Assembly (NCBI GenBank): GCA_963777285.1 | Contig: CAVZPR010000002.1 | Coordinates: 564,737-628,736, forward strand | DNA length: 64,000 bases | Reading direction: 5' to 3' | Source of the DNA: Candidatus Dormiibacterota bacterium | GTDB taxonomy: Bacteria > Chloroflexota > Dormibacteria > Aeolococcales > Aeolococcaceae | In this document: piece by piece, positions 28,030-36,803 of the stretch | Numbering within the stretch: the stretch's first letter is position 1 | Layout: each line of letters starts with the position of its first letter | Position numbers and translations under genes: made by a program | The notes under the pieces: generated by a model | What the model saw: the letters and a program-made list of their open reading frames with translations, nothing else | Told to the model about the DNA's origin: nothing | Databases searched by the model: none

Positions 28030-30253
28030 GCACCACGAACCACAGCGCCAGCGTCTGACGCACGCCGACGCGCGCGATGCCGTCTCGCGAGAACTCTGCA
28101 CGGCCGCGCAGCGTCGCGATGCTGCGCAGCACGTCACCGGCTTTGCGCGACATGACGAAACGCGCGGCGTAGTCGCTGTACGTCTCCGCGGGTCGCCGCG
28201 GCATGCCTGCGGCGGCGCCGAGCGCCTCCAGCCTGCGCCACGCACCCGGCAGGGTGGCCGGGATCATCAGCCAGAGCACGAAGAGCAGCGTCGCCGCCGC
28301 CACCGCACCAGCCGCAGCGCCGAACGCGAGCAGCGCCGCGGACACGTGCGCGCCGCCGCCCGTGGTGCCGGTGCTGGTCGTCTTGGGTGCGCCGCCGGAG
28401 CCATGTCCCGCGCCGGGTGTCGGTTGCGGCACCTGGCCGGTGGGGACGCCGCCGCTGTGGCTGCCACGCGAGAACGGGAAGTAGTTGCCGTCCGACGACG
28501 GCGGCGTCGGCTCGAAGGGGATCCAGCCGTACCTGGGGAAGTAGGCCTCCACCCAGGTATGCGCGTCGCTGGTGGTGACCGTCTGCTGGATCGCGACCCC
28601 GGGGTGCACGCTCTCCTGCTGCGACGTCCCCGGGCCGTACCCGTTCACCAATCGCGTCGGGATCCCCAGCGCCCGCAGCATCGCGCCCATCGACGCGGCG
28701 AAGTACTGGCAGTAGCCGCGGTGGCTCGAGGTGAGGAAGAACACGATCGGCCACTGGTTGGTCGGCGCCGCCGGGGGCGTGAGCGTGTACTGGTAGAAGG
28801 CCGGATCGCGCAGGCGCGTCTCGATCGCCGTCGCCTCGTCGTACGGGTTGGTCGTACCCGCGGTCCACAGGTGCGCCAGCCTGGAGATGACGGCGACGCC
28901 GTGCGTGGCGTCATCGGGCAGCGCCAGGTACTGCCGCACGAAGCCGGGATACTGCGTGCCCGCCGCGCGCAGCTGCGCCGCCGTCGCCTTCGAGATCCAT
29001 CCCGTCGTGTGCAGCGTCGTGCCTGCGTTGGTGCCGTTGTAGATCTGCACCGAGTCCACCGTGAGCAGGCCGTTGCCGTCGACGGCGTTGCCGCCGTACG
29101 CGATGCCGGCCTGGTCGATGGCGACCGGCTCCCCGCCGATCGGCGCGAACGATGTGCCGTCGGACGGGTCTGCCTGCAGCGTGATCGTTGCGTGCACCTC
29201 GGTCACCGCGGCGGGCAAGGCTCCGTCCCCTGACGCCCCGTCCCGCGGCAGATCTCCGCCGGTGTATGGGATTCCCTCCCAGCTGATCTGGCCGAAGGAA
29301 TCGCCGGGATGGTCCGGGTACCAGTTGCCGTTGGCGAACTGCGTGTCGTTGCTCACCCGCAGGTACACGGGGACGGTCGTGTCCACGGAGTAGGTCAGCA
29401 CCGGGCGCGGCCGGCTGACCAGCGCGCCGTCCGGTTGCGTCGCGGCGTTGAAGGCGATGGTGGCCTTGCCGTCCGAGCCGCTGCCCGCGCCCGTGCCCCC
29501 CGGGGCCTGCGGTCCGGGGAAGAAGCGCGACGAGATGTCGGTGCTCGAGATCGGGGGGATGAGCAGCGCGGCGAGGGTCAGCACGACGCTCATCACGGCG
29601 ACGCTCAACGCGAAACGCGTGCGCGTCCCGGGAAGTGAGGCGACACGGCGGCGCGCGGCTCGCGAGAGCAGCGCGTCGAGGTGCGTGTCTGCCACCACCA
29701 GCAGCGAGAAGCACACGGCGATCGCCTCGGGCAGCGCCACGTTGTCCGGGCTGTGCGTGTTCAGGACGTTCGTGGCCAGAACCGCGTAGATCGGCAGCAC
29801 GCCGAGGATGCCGCGACCCTCGCGCATCGCCAGCCATCCGAGCCAGTAGCCGCAGAGCCACAGGATGGCGCACAGCCCGACCGTGAACTCCCAGTCGCTG
29901 CTGGCGCCGAGGCCGCCGAAGATCGCCCCGACGTAGCGCTGCACCACGTGGCCTGCCGCGGTGTTGCCGTCGAACGGCATGGCACGCAGCGTCGTGGGCA
30001 CGATGGCGGCCAGTGCCAGCGGCGGCGCCAGCGCGGCGGCCACCAGCCGCGGCACCGCGGCGCGGGCCAGCAGGGCTGCCTCCAGGGCCGCGGCCACGGC
30101 GACGACGACTGCACCCCCCGCGCCCTGCGCCCAGCCCGCCGCCAGCACCGCCCAGGCGGTCGCCGCCATCAGCCCGGCGCACAGCGCGGCGCTGACCGCC
30201 GCCCGGGGAATCGCCGGCGAGGGAGCGGTCGGTGCCGTGGCGGTGCGCTGCAT
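27965..30253 (-). CDS. membrane transglutaminase-domain protein (TgpA-like)
   Basis: 762-aa ORF with an N-terminal multi-TM region. The transglutaminase core is GYCQYFAASMGAMLRALGIPTRLVNGY...DAHTWVEAYFPRYGWIPFEPTP. A C-terminal TM segment follows. Confidence 0.9.
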   Translation of the reverse strand: MQRTATAPTAPSPAIPRAAVSAALCAGLMAATAWAVLAAGWAQGAGGAVVVAVAAALEAALLARAAVPRLVAAALAPPLALAAIVPTTLRAMPFDGNTAAGHVVQRYVGAIFGGLGASSDWEFTVGLCAILWLCGYWLGWLAMREGRGILGVLPIYAVLATNVLNTHSPDNVALPEAIAVCFSLLVVADTHLDALLSRAARRRVASLPGTRTRFALSVAVMSVVLTLAALLIPPISSTDISSRFFPGPQAPGGTGAGSGSDGKATIAFNAATQPDGALVSRPRPVLTYSVDTTVPVYLRVSNDTQFANGNWYPDHPGDSFGQISWEGIPYTGGDLPRDGASGDGALPAAVTEVHATITLQADPSDGTSFAPIGGEPVAIDQAGIAYGGNAVDGNGLLTVDSVQIYNGTNAGTTLHTTGWISKATAAQLRAAGTQYPGFVRQYLALPDDATHGVAVISRLAHLWTAGTTNPYDEATAIETRLRDPAFYQYTLTPPAAPTNQWPIVFFLTSSHRGYCQYFAASMGAMLRALGIPTRLVNGYGPGTSQQESVHPGVAIQQTVTTSDAHTWVEAYFPRYGWIPFEPTPPSSDGNYFPFSRGSHSGGVPTGQVPQPTPGAGHGSGGAPKTTSTGTTGGGAHVSAALLAFGAAAGAVAAATLLFVLWLMIPATLPGAWRRLEALGAAAGMPRRPAETYSDYAARFVMSRKAGDVLRSIATLRGRAEFSRDGIARVGVRQTLALWFVVLMAAPRFAWRRRRRSVPAPQW

Positions 30254-30268
30254 GGTCCGATCCCGGGT

Positions 30269-31462
30269 CTAGCCGGCCGCGTGCACCTGCTCACCGGCGC
30301 CGAGGACGTCGCCGCGGCGCACCACCCACCAGTCGAGTGCCAGGCGCCACGCCGCCGGCAGCCGCAGTGCCTGGCCGCCGCTGCCGAACGACGTCGGCTC
30401 GATGAAGATGCAGAGGTGGCGCTGGCCTCGCGTCGCCGTGTCCACCAGCGCCTCGACCCAGTCGCGCTCGCGGCTGGCGGTGACGACGATCATTCCGCCG
30501 CGACCGCGCCAGCCCTCGCCGTAGCGGCGGATGGTCTCGCCGAGCGGGCGCACCCCGTCGGCGACGGCCACAGCGAGGTAGTCGAGGATGCGCAGGCGCT
30601 GCGCCTCGCCCCGGCCGGCTCCGAACGCCGTGCTCACGCGGTCGTTGGTGACGAGCCCCACCGCCTGGCCGCGGCGGACGGCCGCGTGGCACACCGACGC
30701 CGCGAGAGAGATGGCGTACTCCAGCGTCGATTCCTCGCCCTGGCCGGCGTGGACTCCGCGCTGCAGGTCGAGGACCACCATGAGGTCGGCGCTCTGCCCG
30801 GTGTCGTACACGCGGCTCATGAGGCGGCCGGTGCGCGCCGTGGAGCGCCAGTGGATGCGGCTCAGCCCGTCGGCGGGCTGGTACTCGCGGATAGACGACG
30901 CGTCCGGCGGCACGTCGACCGGCTTTCCCTCGCGGATGTCGGCCACGCCGGCGCCGGTCCACTGCGGCGCGATGCCGATGAGCGAATGGATCGCCGGGTA
31001 CACGACGACCTCGGACTCGGGTGCCACGCGGATGCGCCGCGGGAAGAGCCCGAACGGGTCGCCGAGCCGCGCCTCGAGCGGGCCGAAGCGATGCCGCCCG
31101 CGGCGTGAAAAGGATCCGCGCGCGGTCCACGACACGCTGCCGCCGCTGCCCAGCGAGAACGCTCGTCCCGGCGCGTATCCGGGCATCTCGGTGCGGTCGT
31201 ACACCTCGCAGTAGGGCAGCCGCAGCGTGCTGCCGTTGGTCACGGTGAACGTCTCCTCGAACGGCTCGCCCATGACGTACGTGCCCCGCGGCGACATCCG
31301 GCTGACGCGGAGGCGGCGCGCCAGCGAGCGCGACCAGAAAAAGGCGACCACCAGCAGCAGCGCGAGCACGTACGCCAGCGTGTACGCGAGGTGCACACCG
31401 GTGATACCGGCAAAGAACGCGAGCACCGCGATGCACGCGATCAGCGGGACGCGCGCTGTCAT
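30269..31462 (-). CDS. DUF58 (vWA-like) protein
   Basis: 397-aa ORF with two N-terminal TM helices, then DASSIREYQPADGLSRIHWRSTARTGRLMSRVYD. Confidence 0.85.
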   Translation of the reverse strand: MTARVPLIACIAVLAFFAGITGVHLAYTLAYVLALLLVVAFFWSRSLARRLRVSRMSPRGTYVMGEPFEETFTVTNGSTLRLPYCEVYDRTEMPGYAPGRAFSLGSGGSVSWTARGSFSRRGRHRFGPLEARLGDPFGLFPRRIRVAPESEVVVYPAIHSLIGIAPQWTGAGVADIREGKPVDVPPDASSIREYQPADGLSRIHWRSTARTGRLMSRVYDTGQSADLMVVLDLQRGVHAGQGEESTLEYAISLAASVCHAAVRRGQAVGLVTNDRVSTAFGAGRGEAQRLRILDYLAVAVADGVRPLGETIRRYGEGWRGRGGMIVVTASRERDWVEALVDTATRGQRHLCIFIEPTSFGSGGQALRLPAAWRLALDWWVVRRGDVLGAGEQVHAAG

Positions 31463-31472
31463 GTAACGGTCG

Positions 31473-32429
31473 CTACGCCAGGCGCCGGCCCGACATGGGC
31501 ACGGCTTCGGTGGCGAGCACCTCGGACACCACCGCGGCAGAGGTCAGGCCGCGCAGCTCTGCGTTGGGGCGCAGCACCACGCGGTGAGCGAGCACGTGCG
31601 GTGCCACGCGCTTGATGTCGTCAGGCAGCACGTAGTCGCGACCCGCAACCGCAGCGCGCGCCTGGCCGGCGTGCAGCAGACCCAGCGTGCCACGCGGCGA
31701 CGCGCCCAGGGCCACGTCGCTGTGCTCACGGGTGCGCTGCACCAGCCGTACGCAGTAGTCCTTGAGCGTGGGGTCGCAGTACACGGCGCGGCACGCGTCC
31801 TGGGCCTGGAGGATCTCAGCGGCGCCGGTCACAGGCGTGATCGATTCCAAAGGGCTGCGCGACTGGAAGCGGTCGAGCATGGCCACCTCCTCGTCGCCCG
31901 GGAGGTAGCCGAGGCCCACCTTGAGCAGGAAGCGGTCGACCTGCGCCTCGGGGAGGGGGAACGTGCCGCCCAGCTCGATCGGGTTCTGCGTGGCCATGAC
32001 GATGAACGGCTCGGGCAGCGGATGGGTGCTGCCGTCGACCGTCACCTGCCACTCCTCCATCGCCTCGAGCAGAGCCGACTGCGTCTTGGGTGTGGCGCGG
32101 TTGATCTCGTCGGCGAGCAGCACCTGGGTGAAGATCGGGCCGCGGCGGAATTCGAAGGTCCGGGCCTCGGGATTGAAGACGCTGACGCCGATGACGTCGC
32201 CCGGCAGCAGATCCGGGGTGAACTGGACGCGTTCGAACGTGCAGCCGGTGCAGGCGGCGAGCGCCTTGGCCAGCATCGTCTTGCCCGTGCCCGGCACGTC
32301 CTCGATGAGGAGGTGGCCGCGGCAGAGCAGCGAAATGATGCAGAGCTCGACCTCCGCCTCCTTGCCGATTATCACAGTCCCGACGCTGTCGAGCAGGCGG
32401 CGGGCCATCCCCTGGACATCAAGGCTCAT
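31473..32429 (-). CDS. MoxR-family AAA+ ATPase
   Basis: 318-aa ORF with LIEDVPGTGKTMLAKALA (Walker A) and LLADEINRATPKTQSALLEAMEE (Walker B / sensor). Confidence 0.95.
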   Translation of the reverse strand: MSLDVQGMARRLLDSVGTVIIGKEAEVELCIISLLCRGHLLIEDVPGTGKTMLAKALAACTGCTFERVQFTPDLLPGDVIGVSVFNPEARTFEFRRGPIFTQVLLADEINRATPKTQSALLEAMEEWQVTVDGSTHPLPEPFIVMATQNPIELGGTFPLPEAQVDRFLLKVGLGYLPGDEEVAMLDRFQSRSPLESITPVTGAAEILQAQDACRAVYCDPTLKDYCVRLVQRTREHSDVALGASPRGTLGLLHAGQARAAVAGRDYVLPDDIKRVAPHVLAHRVVLRPNAELRGLTSAAVVSEVLATEAVPMSGRRLA

Positions 32430-32505
32430 GACTGGCTCCTGACAGGGCCGGCAAGACGCGAGTGACCGGTCAGTTGGAGTATAGGGGGGCGTCGAAGGGG
32501 GTCCG

Positions 32506-32552
32506 CCGCTTTGGCGCGTTTGGGAGAAAACGACACAAGCGCGCCAAAGCGG
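32506..32552. promoter_or_regulatory. perfect 13-bp inverted repeat CCGCTTTGGCGCG-n21-CGCGCCAAAGCGG in the divergent promoter region
   Basis: Read directly from the sequence. It sits in a locally AT-richer gap between -10-like hexamers on opposite strands: TATACT (minus, 32478-32483) and TATAAC (plus, 32555-32560). Confidence 0.45.
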
Positions 32553-32619
32553 TGTATAACGGCACCTTCAGGTCTCCGCAATGTTTCACGGCCTGAAATC
32601 GAGTTGGGAGGAGAGGAAG

Positions 32620-32868
32620 ATGGCCCAGCCAGAGGAGGAGATTCTCACCACAGGTGAAGCCGCTGCTCTCTGCGGAGTCTCCCGATCGACGCTCAGGCGA
32701 GCGGTGGCCCAGGGTCAGTTGCAGGCCTGGCACACGCCGGGCAAGCATCTTCGTTTCACCCGCGCGGCGTGCTTGGAATTCGCGCGTTCGCTCGGCCGCG
32801 CCGACTTGATCGGTCAGCCGTACAGCGTGCAGACCGCGCAGCCCGCCGAGAGCGCCGTCGGCCGCTGA
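32620..32868 (+). CDS. excisionase/MerR-superfamily helix-turn-helix DNA-binding protein
   Basis: ORF 32581..32868 trimmed to ATG 32620, which follows GGAGGAGAGGAAG. ILTTGEAAALCGVSRSTLRRAVAQGQL is the HTH. Confidence 0.75.
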   Translation: MAQPEEEILTTGEAAALCGVSRSTLRRAVAQGQLQAWHTPGKHLRFTRAACLEFARSLGRADLIGQPYSVQTAQPAESAVGR

Positions 32869-32872
32869 GCGG

Positions 32873-33391
32873 CTAGCGCTTTCCCGACAGCAGCCCGCCG
32901 ACGGAGCCGCCGAACAGCGCGAGCAGGTCGCCACTGATCAGGCTGCCCATGTCCATCGGGCCCAGGTCGACGAGTGTGTGGCCGCCGGCGCTGATCGAGC
33001 CGGCCACCAGCTGCGCCTCCTGCAGGAACTGGAAGATCGCGCCCCAGGCGATGAAGCCGATCGCCACCACGATTCCCTGGTAGAGGCCGAAGCGCCCCGC
33101 CAACCGGGCTGCGAGCCAGCCGCCGAAGATGACCGCGAGCAGCGTGGAGACGCCCACGATGCCGCCGTCCGCGCTGGCGGCGCCGTTGGTGCCGAAGGCG
33201 GCGTTGGCGACGAGGTTGCCCACGTTGCTCAGCAGCAGCAGCAGCGCCTCGCCGGCGACCAGCCCCAGGAGGCAGTGGCGCCAGGAGATGGTGCGGCCGC
33301 TGTGGGTGGCGACCTGCGGGCCCGCAGGCGTCGCCGGCACTGCCTGCTTGCGCGCGGCCACGGCGCTGCGCTTCCCGGGGCGTGCAGCCAT
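32873..33391 (-). CDS. hypothetical Gly-rich membrane protein
   Basis: 172-aa ORF with a basic N-terminus followed by four hydrophobic helices. Confidence 0.55.
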   Translation of the reverse strand: MAARPGKRSAVAARKQAVPATPAGPQVATHSGRTISWRHCLLGLVAGEALLLLLSNVGNLVANAAFGTNGAASADGGIVGVSTLLAVIFGGWLAARLAGRFGLYQGIVVAIGFIAWGAIFQFLQEAQLVAGSISAGGHTLVDLGPMDMGSLISGDLLALFGGSVGGLLSGKR

Positions 33392-33415
33392 CGCCGCGAG
33401 TATACGGAGCGCCGC

Positions 33416-34042
33416 TCACGGGCCCGCCGCCTCGTTCGCCTGGCCGCGATGGTTCAGGTAGAAGCGGTTCACCTCGCTGATGCTGAACACCGGAATCGGC
33501 AGGTACCAGTCCCACGACACGGCGGCGAACGGCACGCTCATGCTCGGCCACGGGATGACGATCACCTTGGGATACGCGAAGTTCGGCTCCGCGGGAAGCG
33601 AGTGGTACCAGGTGCGCAGCTGGTTGAACTGTGCGGTGCAGCCGCTGGGACAGCTGTAGAGCACCACGATGTATCCGTGCTCCAGGTTGTGCACCCAGTA
33701 CTCCGGCTGGATCACCTGGTTGTAGACCCCCGACTGTATCGGTGCTCTCCCGTAGCCGAGGTTGTAGTGGCAGCCGCTCGTCGGCGGGTTGTGGTTGTAG
33801 TCGACGATGGATCCCTCGGCCACGTGGATGTGCGGCATCTCGTTCACCGCAATGCCCACGGGCGGAAGACTGTTGACGTTGGGAGGCATCGGCTCGTATG
33901 GCGACTCCCCGCTGGTGGGGCACGTCGCGTTGCCCACGAAGCTGATCGTGGGATAGCCGGCGCGGGGGCCGCTGGAGCCGCACGCCACCAGCGCCGTGAC
34001 GATGGCGGCCGCGAGCAGCAGATGACGAATGACCGGTGTCAC
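33416..34042 (-). CDS. DUF3105-domain lipoprotein
   Basis: ORF 33416..34138 trimmed to GTG 34042. It has the lipobox LVAC, then NPPTSGCHY...YWVHNLEHGYIVVLY. Confidence 0.75.
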   Translation of the reverse strand: MTPVIRHLLLAAAIVTALVACGSSGPRAGYPTISFVGNATCPTSGESPYEPMPPNVNSLPPVGIAVNEMPHIHVAEGSIVDYNHNPPTSGCHYNLGYGRAPIQSGVYNQVIQPEYWVHNLEHGYIVVLYSCPSGCTAQFNQLRTWYHSLPAEPNFAYPKVIVIPWPSMSVPFAAVSWDWYLPIPVFSISEVNRFYLNHRGQANEAAGP

Positions 34043-34097
34043 AGCGCAACTGTAACAACCGTCTGCCGCCGACAGCCGTCGTAGTAGGGTCGCCGCG

Positions 34098-34706
34098 ATG
34101 CGCCTCATCGGGCTGACCGGAGGGATCGCCAGCGGCAAGAGCGCCGTCGCAGCGCGGCTCGCGGCGCACGGCGCCGTGTTGATCGACGCTGACGAGCTCG
34201 CGCGCCGCGTGGTGCAGCCGGGCGAGCCCGCCTACGACGAGGTGCTGCGACGCTTCGGCCGTGACGTCGTCGCGGCAGACGGCGGCCTCGACCGTGCCCG
34301 CCTGGGCGCGATCGTATTTGCGGATGCGGACGCCCGCGCCGACCTGGAGCGCATCACCCACCCGCACATCACCGCGCTGATGCAGCGCGAGCTGGCCGCG
34401 GCCGTCGCGCGCGACGCCGCCGTCGTGGTGGTCGACATCCCGCTGCTCTTCGAGACGTCGGTGCAGCAGCGCTTCGAGGGCGTGCTGCTCGCCTACGCGC
34501 CACGCGCCGTGCAGCTGCAGCGCCTCATGGCGCGCGACGGCCTGCCGCCGGCCGCCGCCGCGCAACGCGTCGATGCGCAGATGTCCATCGAGGAGAAGCG
34601 CACGCTGGCGGACTGGGTGATCGACAACAGCGGCGACGTGACGGACACCGAGCGTCAGGTCGACCGATGGTGGGACACCGTGATCGACGCGGCTGCCCGG
34701 CGATAG
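34098..34706 (+). CDS. coaE: dephospho-CoA kinase
   Basis: MRLIGLTGGIASGKSAV contains the P-loop, followed by IDADELAR. Confidence 0.92.
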   Translation: MRLIGLTGGIASGKSAVAARLAAHGAVLIDADELARRVVQPGEPAYDEVLRRFGRDVVAADGGLDRARLGAIVFADADARADLERITHPHITALMQRELAAAVARDAAVVVVDIPLLFETSVQQRFEGVLLAYAPRAVQLQRLMARDGLPPAAAAQRVDAQMSIEEKRTLADWVIDNSGDVTDTERQVDRWWDTVIDAAARR

Positions 34707-34719
34707 CCGCGCGCGCTGG

Positions 34720-34922
34720 CCTCAGCAGACGGCGGCTGCCTCGCATCGTTGTTGTCTGCAGGGTGGCGGCCACACGTCGCCGGCGAGTTCCGGGCGCGGA
34801 GGGATCTTGCGCGACACTTGCCGCAGGCCGCGCAGGATCCCGGAGCGATCCGGTCGTCTGAGCAAGGCGATGTGTGGCCGCCACCTGCCAGACCACATGC
34901 GGCGGGCCGCCGTCTGCTGAGG
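34720..34922. repeat. ~203-bp concentric imperfect palindrome (long hairpin/cruciform-capable element)
   Basis: The outer arms are 17/17 perfect (34720-34736 vs 34906-34922). The middle arms are near-perfect (34756-34781 vs 34866-34891). The inner arms are 12/13 (34801-34813 vs 34829-34841). All share a centre near 34821. Confidence 0.8.
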
Positions 34923-34926
34923 GGTG

Positions 34927-35562
34927 TCAGGCCGAGAGCCCGCTGAGCAGCAGCGCCAGCATCTGTTCCTCATCGTGCGCGAACGCGTCTGCATCGTCAC
35001 GGCGCAGCGTGCCGATGACGTAGCCGGTGAGGACCATCTCCGCGGCGCCGAAGATGACGTAGGTCGCGAGCTGCGGGTCGACGCCGGCGCCGACCTCGCC
35101 GCGCTCTCGAGCCTCGCGGATCATCGCCTCGATGGCGTCGAAGGCGACCAGGACCGTGCCGATGTCGTGCGACTCGAGGAACTCGTAGGAGCGCGTGACC
35201 TCGTTGATCATGATCGTCATCAGGTCGGGCTCGCGGCGGTACACCTCGATCCAGAAGTGCACGAGGCTGCGCATGCGCTCCTGGAACGAGAGCGGCATCG
35301 CGCCCACCTCGTGGAGGTACTCGACGTACTGGCCCCAGCGCTCCGCGAAGATCGCGGCCAGGATGTCGTCCTTGTTGTGGAAGTAGTGGTACACCAGGCC
35401 ATACGCGATGCCCGCCTGCTCCGCGATGTCGGCGACTCGCGCGCCGTGGAACCCGGAGCGCGCGAAGACCTCGGTGGCGGCGGCGAGGATGCGCTCCCGC
35501 GTCCGGGCGCTGCGCTTGCTGCGCGGCGAGCGTCGCGGCGTCCGGGCCGCGCGGGCGCTCAT
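34927..35562 (-). CDS. TetR/AcrR family transcriptional regulator
   Basis: RERILAAATEVFARSGFHGARVADIAEQAGIAYGLVYHYFHNKDDIL is the TetR-type HTH. A 4-nt overlap joins it to the upstream CoA-transferase. Confidence 0.9.
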   Translation of the reverse strand: MSARAARTPRRSPRSKRSARTRERILAAATEVFARSGFHGARVADIAEQAGIAYGLVYHYFHNKDDILAAIFAERWGQYVEYLHEVGAMPLSFQERMRSLVHFWIEVYRREPDLMTIMINEVTRSYEFLESHDIGTVLVAFDAIEAMIREARERGEVGAGVDPQLATYVIFGAAEMVLTGYVIGTLRRDDADAFAHDEEQMLALLLSGLSA

Positions 35563-36728
35563 CGCGCTGCACCCGCGGCCGCGAGCGCGTCGAGCTCTGC
35601 CTCGGCGTAGCCCGCGGCGGCCAGGATCTCACGCGTGTGCTCGCCGTATCCCGGCGCGTGGTGGCGCGCCTCGAAGGGGCTGCCGCTGAGGCGGATCGCC
35701 GGGCCGCACTGCGCGTCCGGCCCCGCGACGCCGGGGTCGAGGCGCATACCGCGATGCCGCACCTGCTCGTTCTCGAACGTCTCGTCGACGCGCAGCAGCG
35801 GCTCGCAGCACACGTCGCGGCCGCGCAGCGTTTCCGTCCATTCGGCGCGCGTGCGAGTGCGCAGCACCGCTTCCACCTCGTCGACCACGCGCGCGCACTC
35901 CTCGCCGTCGGCGAAGCCGGAATCGGCGAGGTGCGGGAGGCCGACGGCTGCGGTGAATTCGCGCCAGAACTTCGGCTCCAGCGCTCCCAGCGCGAGGTAC
36001 CCGTCGGCGCACGCGTAGATCCGGTAGCAGGGGTGCCGTCCGTTGAGCGTCAGCGTGCCCGCCGCGGGAACCTCGCCGCCGGCGAAGTACAGCGCGGCGT
36101 GTGGCGCCAGCCAGCTGAGCAGCCCGTCGAGCATCGCGATGTCGCAGCGCTGGCCGGTGCCGCTGCGTTGGCGCTGGTGCAGCGCCGCCAGGATCGCGAC
36201 CGCGGCGTGCAGCGCGCCGGCGCCGAGGTCGCCGACCTGCAGCGGAGGCATGACGGGACGGCCGTCCACGCCGGCGGAGAGGCTGAGCACGCCGGCGAGA
36301 GCGGCGTAGTCGAGGTCGTGTCCCGCGCGGGCGCGATATGGTCCATCCTGGCCATAACCGGTGATGCTGCAGAGGATCAGCCGCGGGTTGCGCGCAGACA
36401 GCACGTCCCACCCGATGCCCAGGCGGTCGATCACGCCCGGCCGGAAGCTCTCCAGGACGACGTCCGCCGTGTCCGCCAGGCGCAGGAACGCCTCGCGTCC
36501 CTGCACATGCTTCAGATTCAGCGCCACCGACCGCTTGTTGCGGTTGAGCGGGTGGAACATCGCCGAGTATTCATCCACCAGCGGCGGCATCCAGCGCAGG
36601 TAGTCGCCCGACTCCGTGTCCTCGACCTTGATGACGTCTGCGCCGAGGTCGGCGAGGATCAGCGTGCAGAAGGGCCCCGGCAGCAAGCGCGACAGGTCGA
36701 GGATGCGCACACCGTCGAGTGCCGTCAT
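35559..36728 (-). CDS. CaiB/BaiF family III CoA-transferase
   Basis: MTALDGVRILDLSRLLPGPFCTLILADLGADVIKVE is the family-typical N-terminus. Confidence 0.9.
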   Translation of the reverse strand: MTALDGVRILDLSRLLPGPFCTLILADLGADVIKVEDTESGDYLRWMPPLVDEYSAMFHPLNRNKRSVALNLKHVQGREAFLRLADTADVVLESFRPGVIDRLGIGWDVLSARNPRLILCSITGYGQDGPYRARAGHDLDYAALAGVLSLSAGVDGRPVMPPLQVGDLGAGALHAAVAILAALHQRQRSGTGQRCDIAMLDGLLSWLAPHAALYFAGGEVPAAGTLTLNGRHPCYRIYACADGYLALGALEPKFWREFTAAVGLPHLADSGFADGEECARVVDEVEAVLRTRTRAEWTETLRGRDVCCEPLLRVDETFENEQVRHRGMRLDPGVAGPDAQCGPAIRLSGSPFEARHHAPGYGEHTREILAAAGYAEAELDALAAAGAAR

Positions 36729-36803
36729 CGTCGCGCGAGTGTATCAATGACCTCGCCGTGCGCTGCCGGTGAAACGCCTGTGCTAGATTCGATTCACACC
36801 ACC

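Noticed and set aside
32620-32868. The excisionase-family HTH gene as a marker of a mobile element.
   Set aside because: There is no integrase, att-like repeat or phage/plasmid gene nearby. The neighbours are MoxR operon, membrane protein, DUF3105 and coaE genes. It is more likely a small stand-alone regulator.
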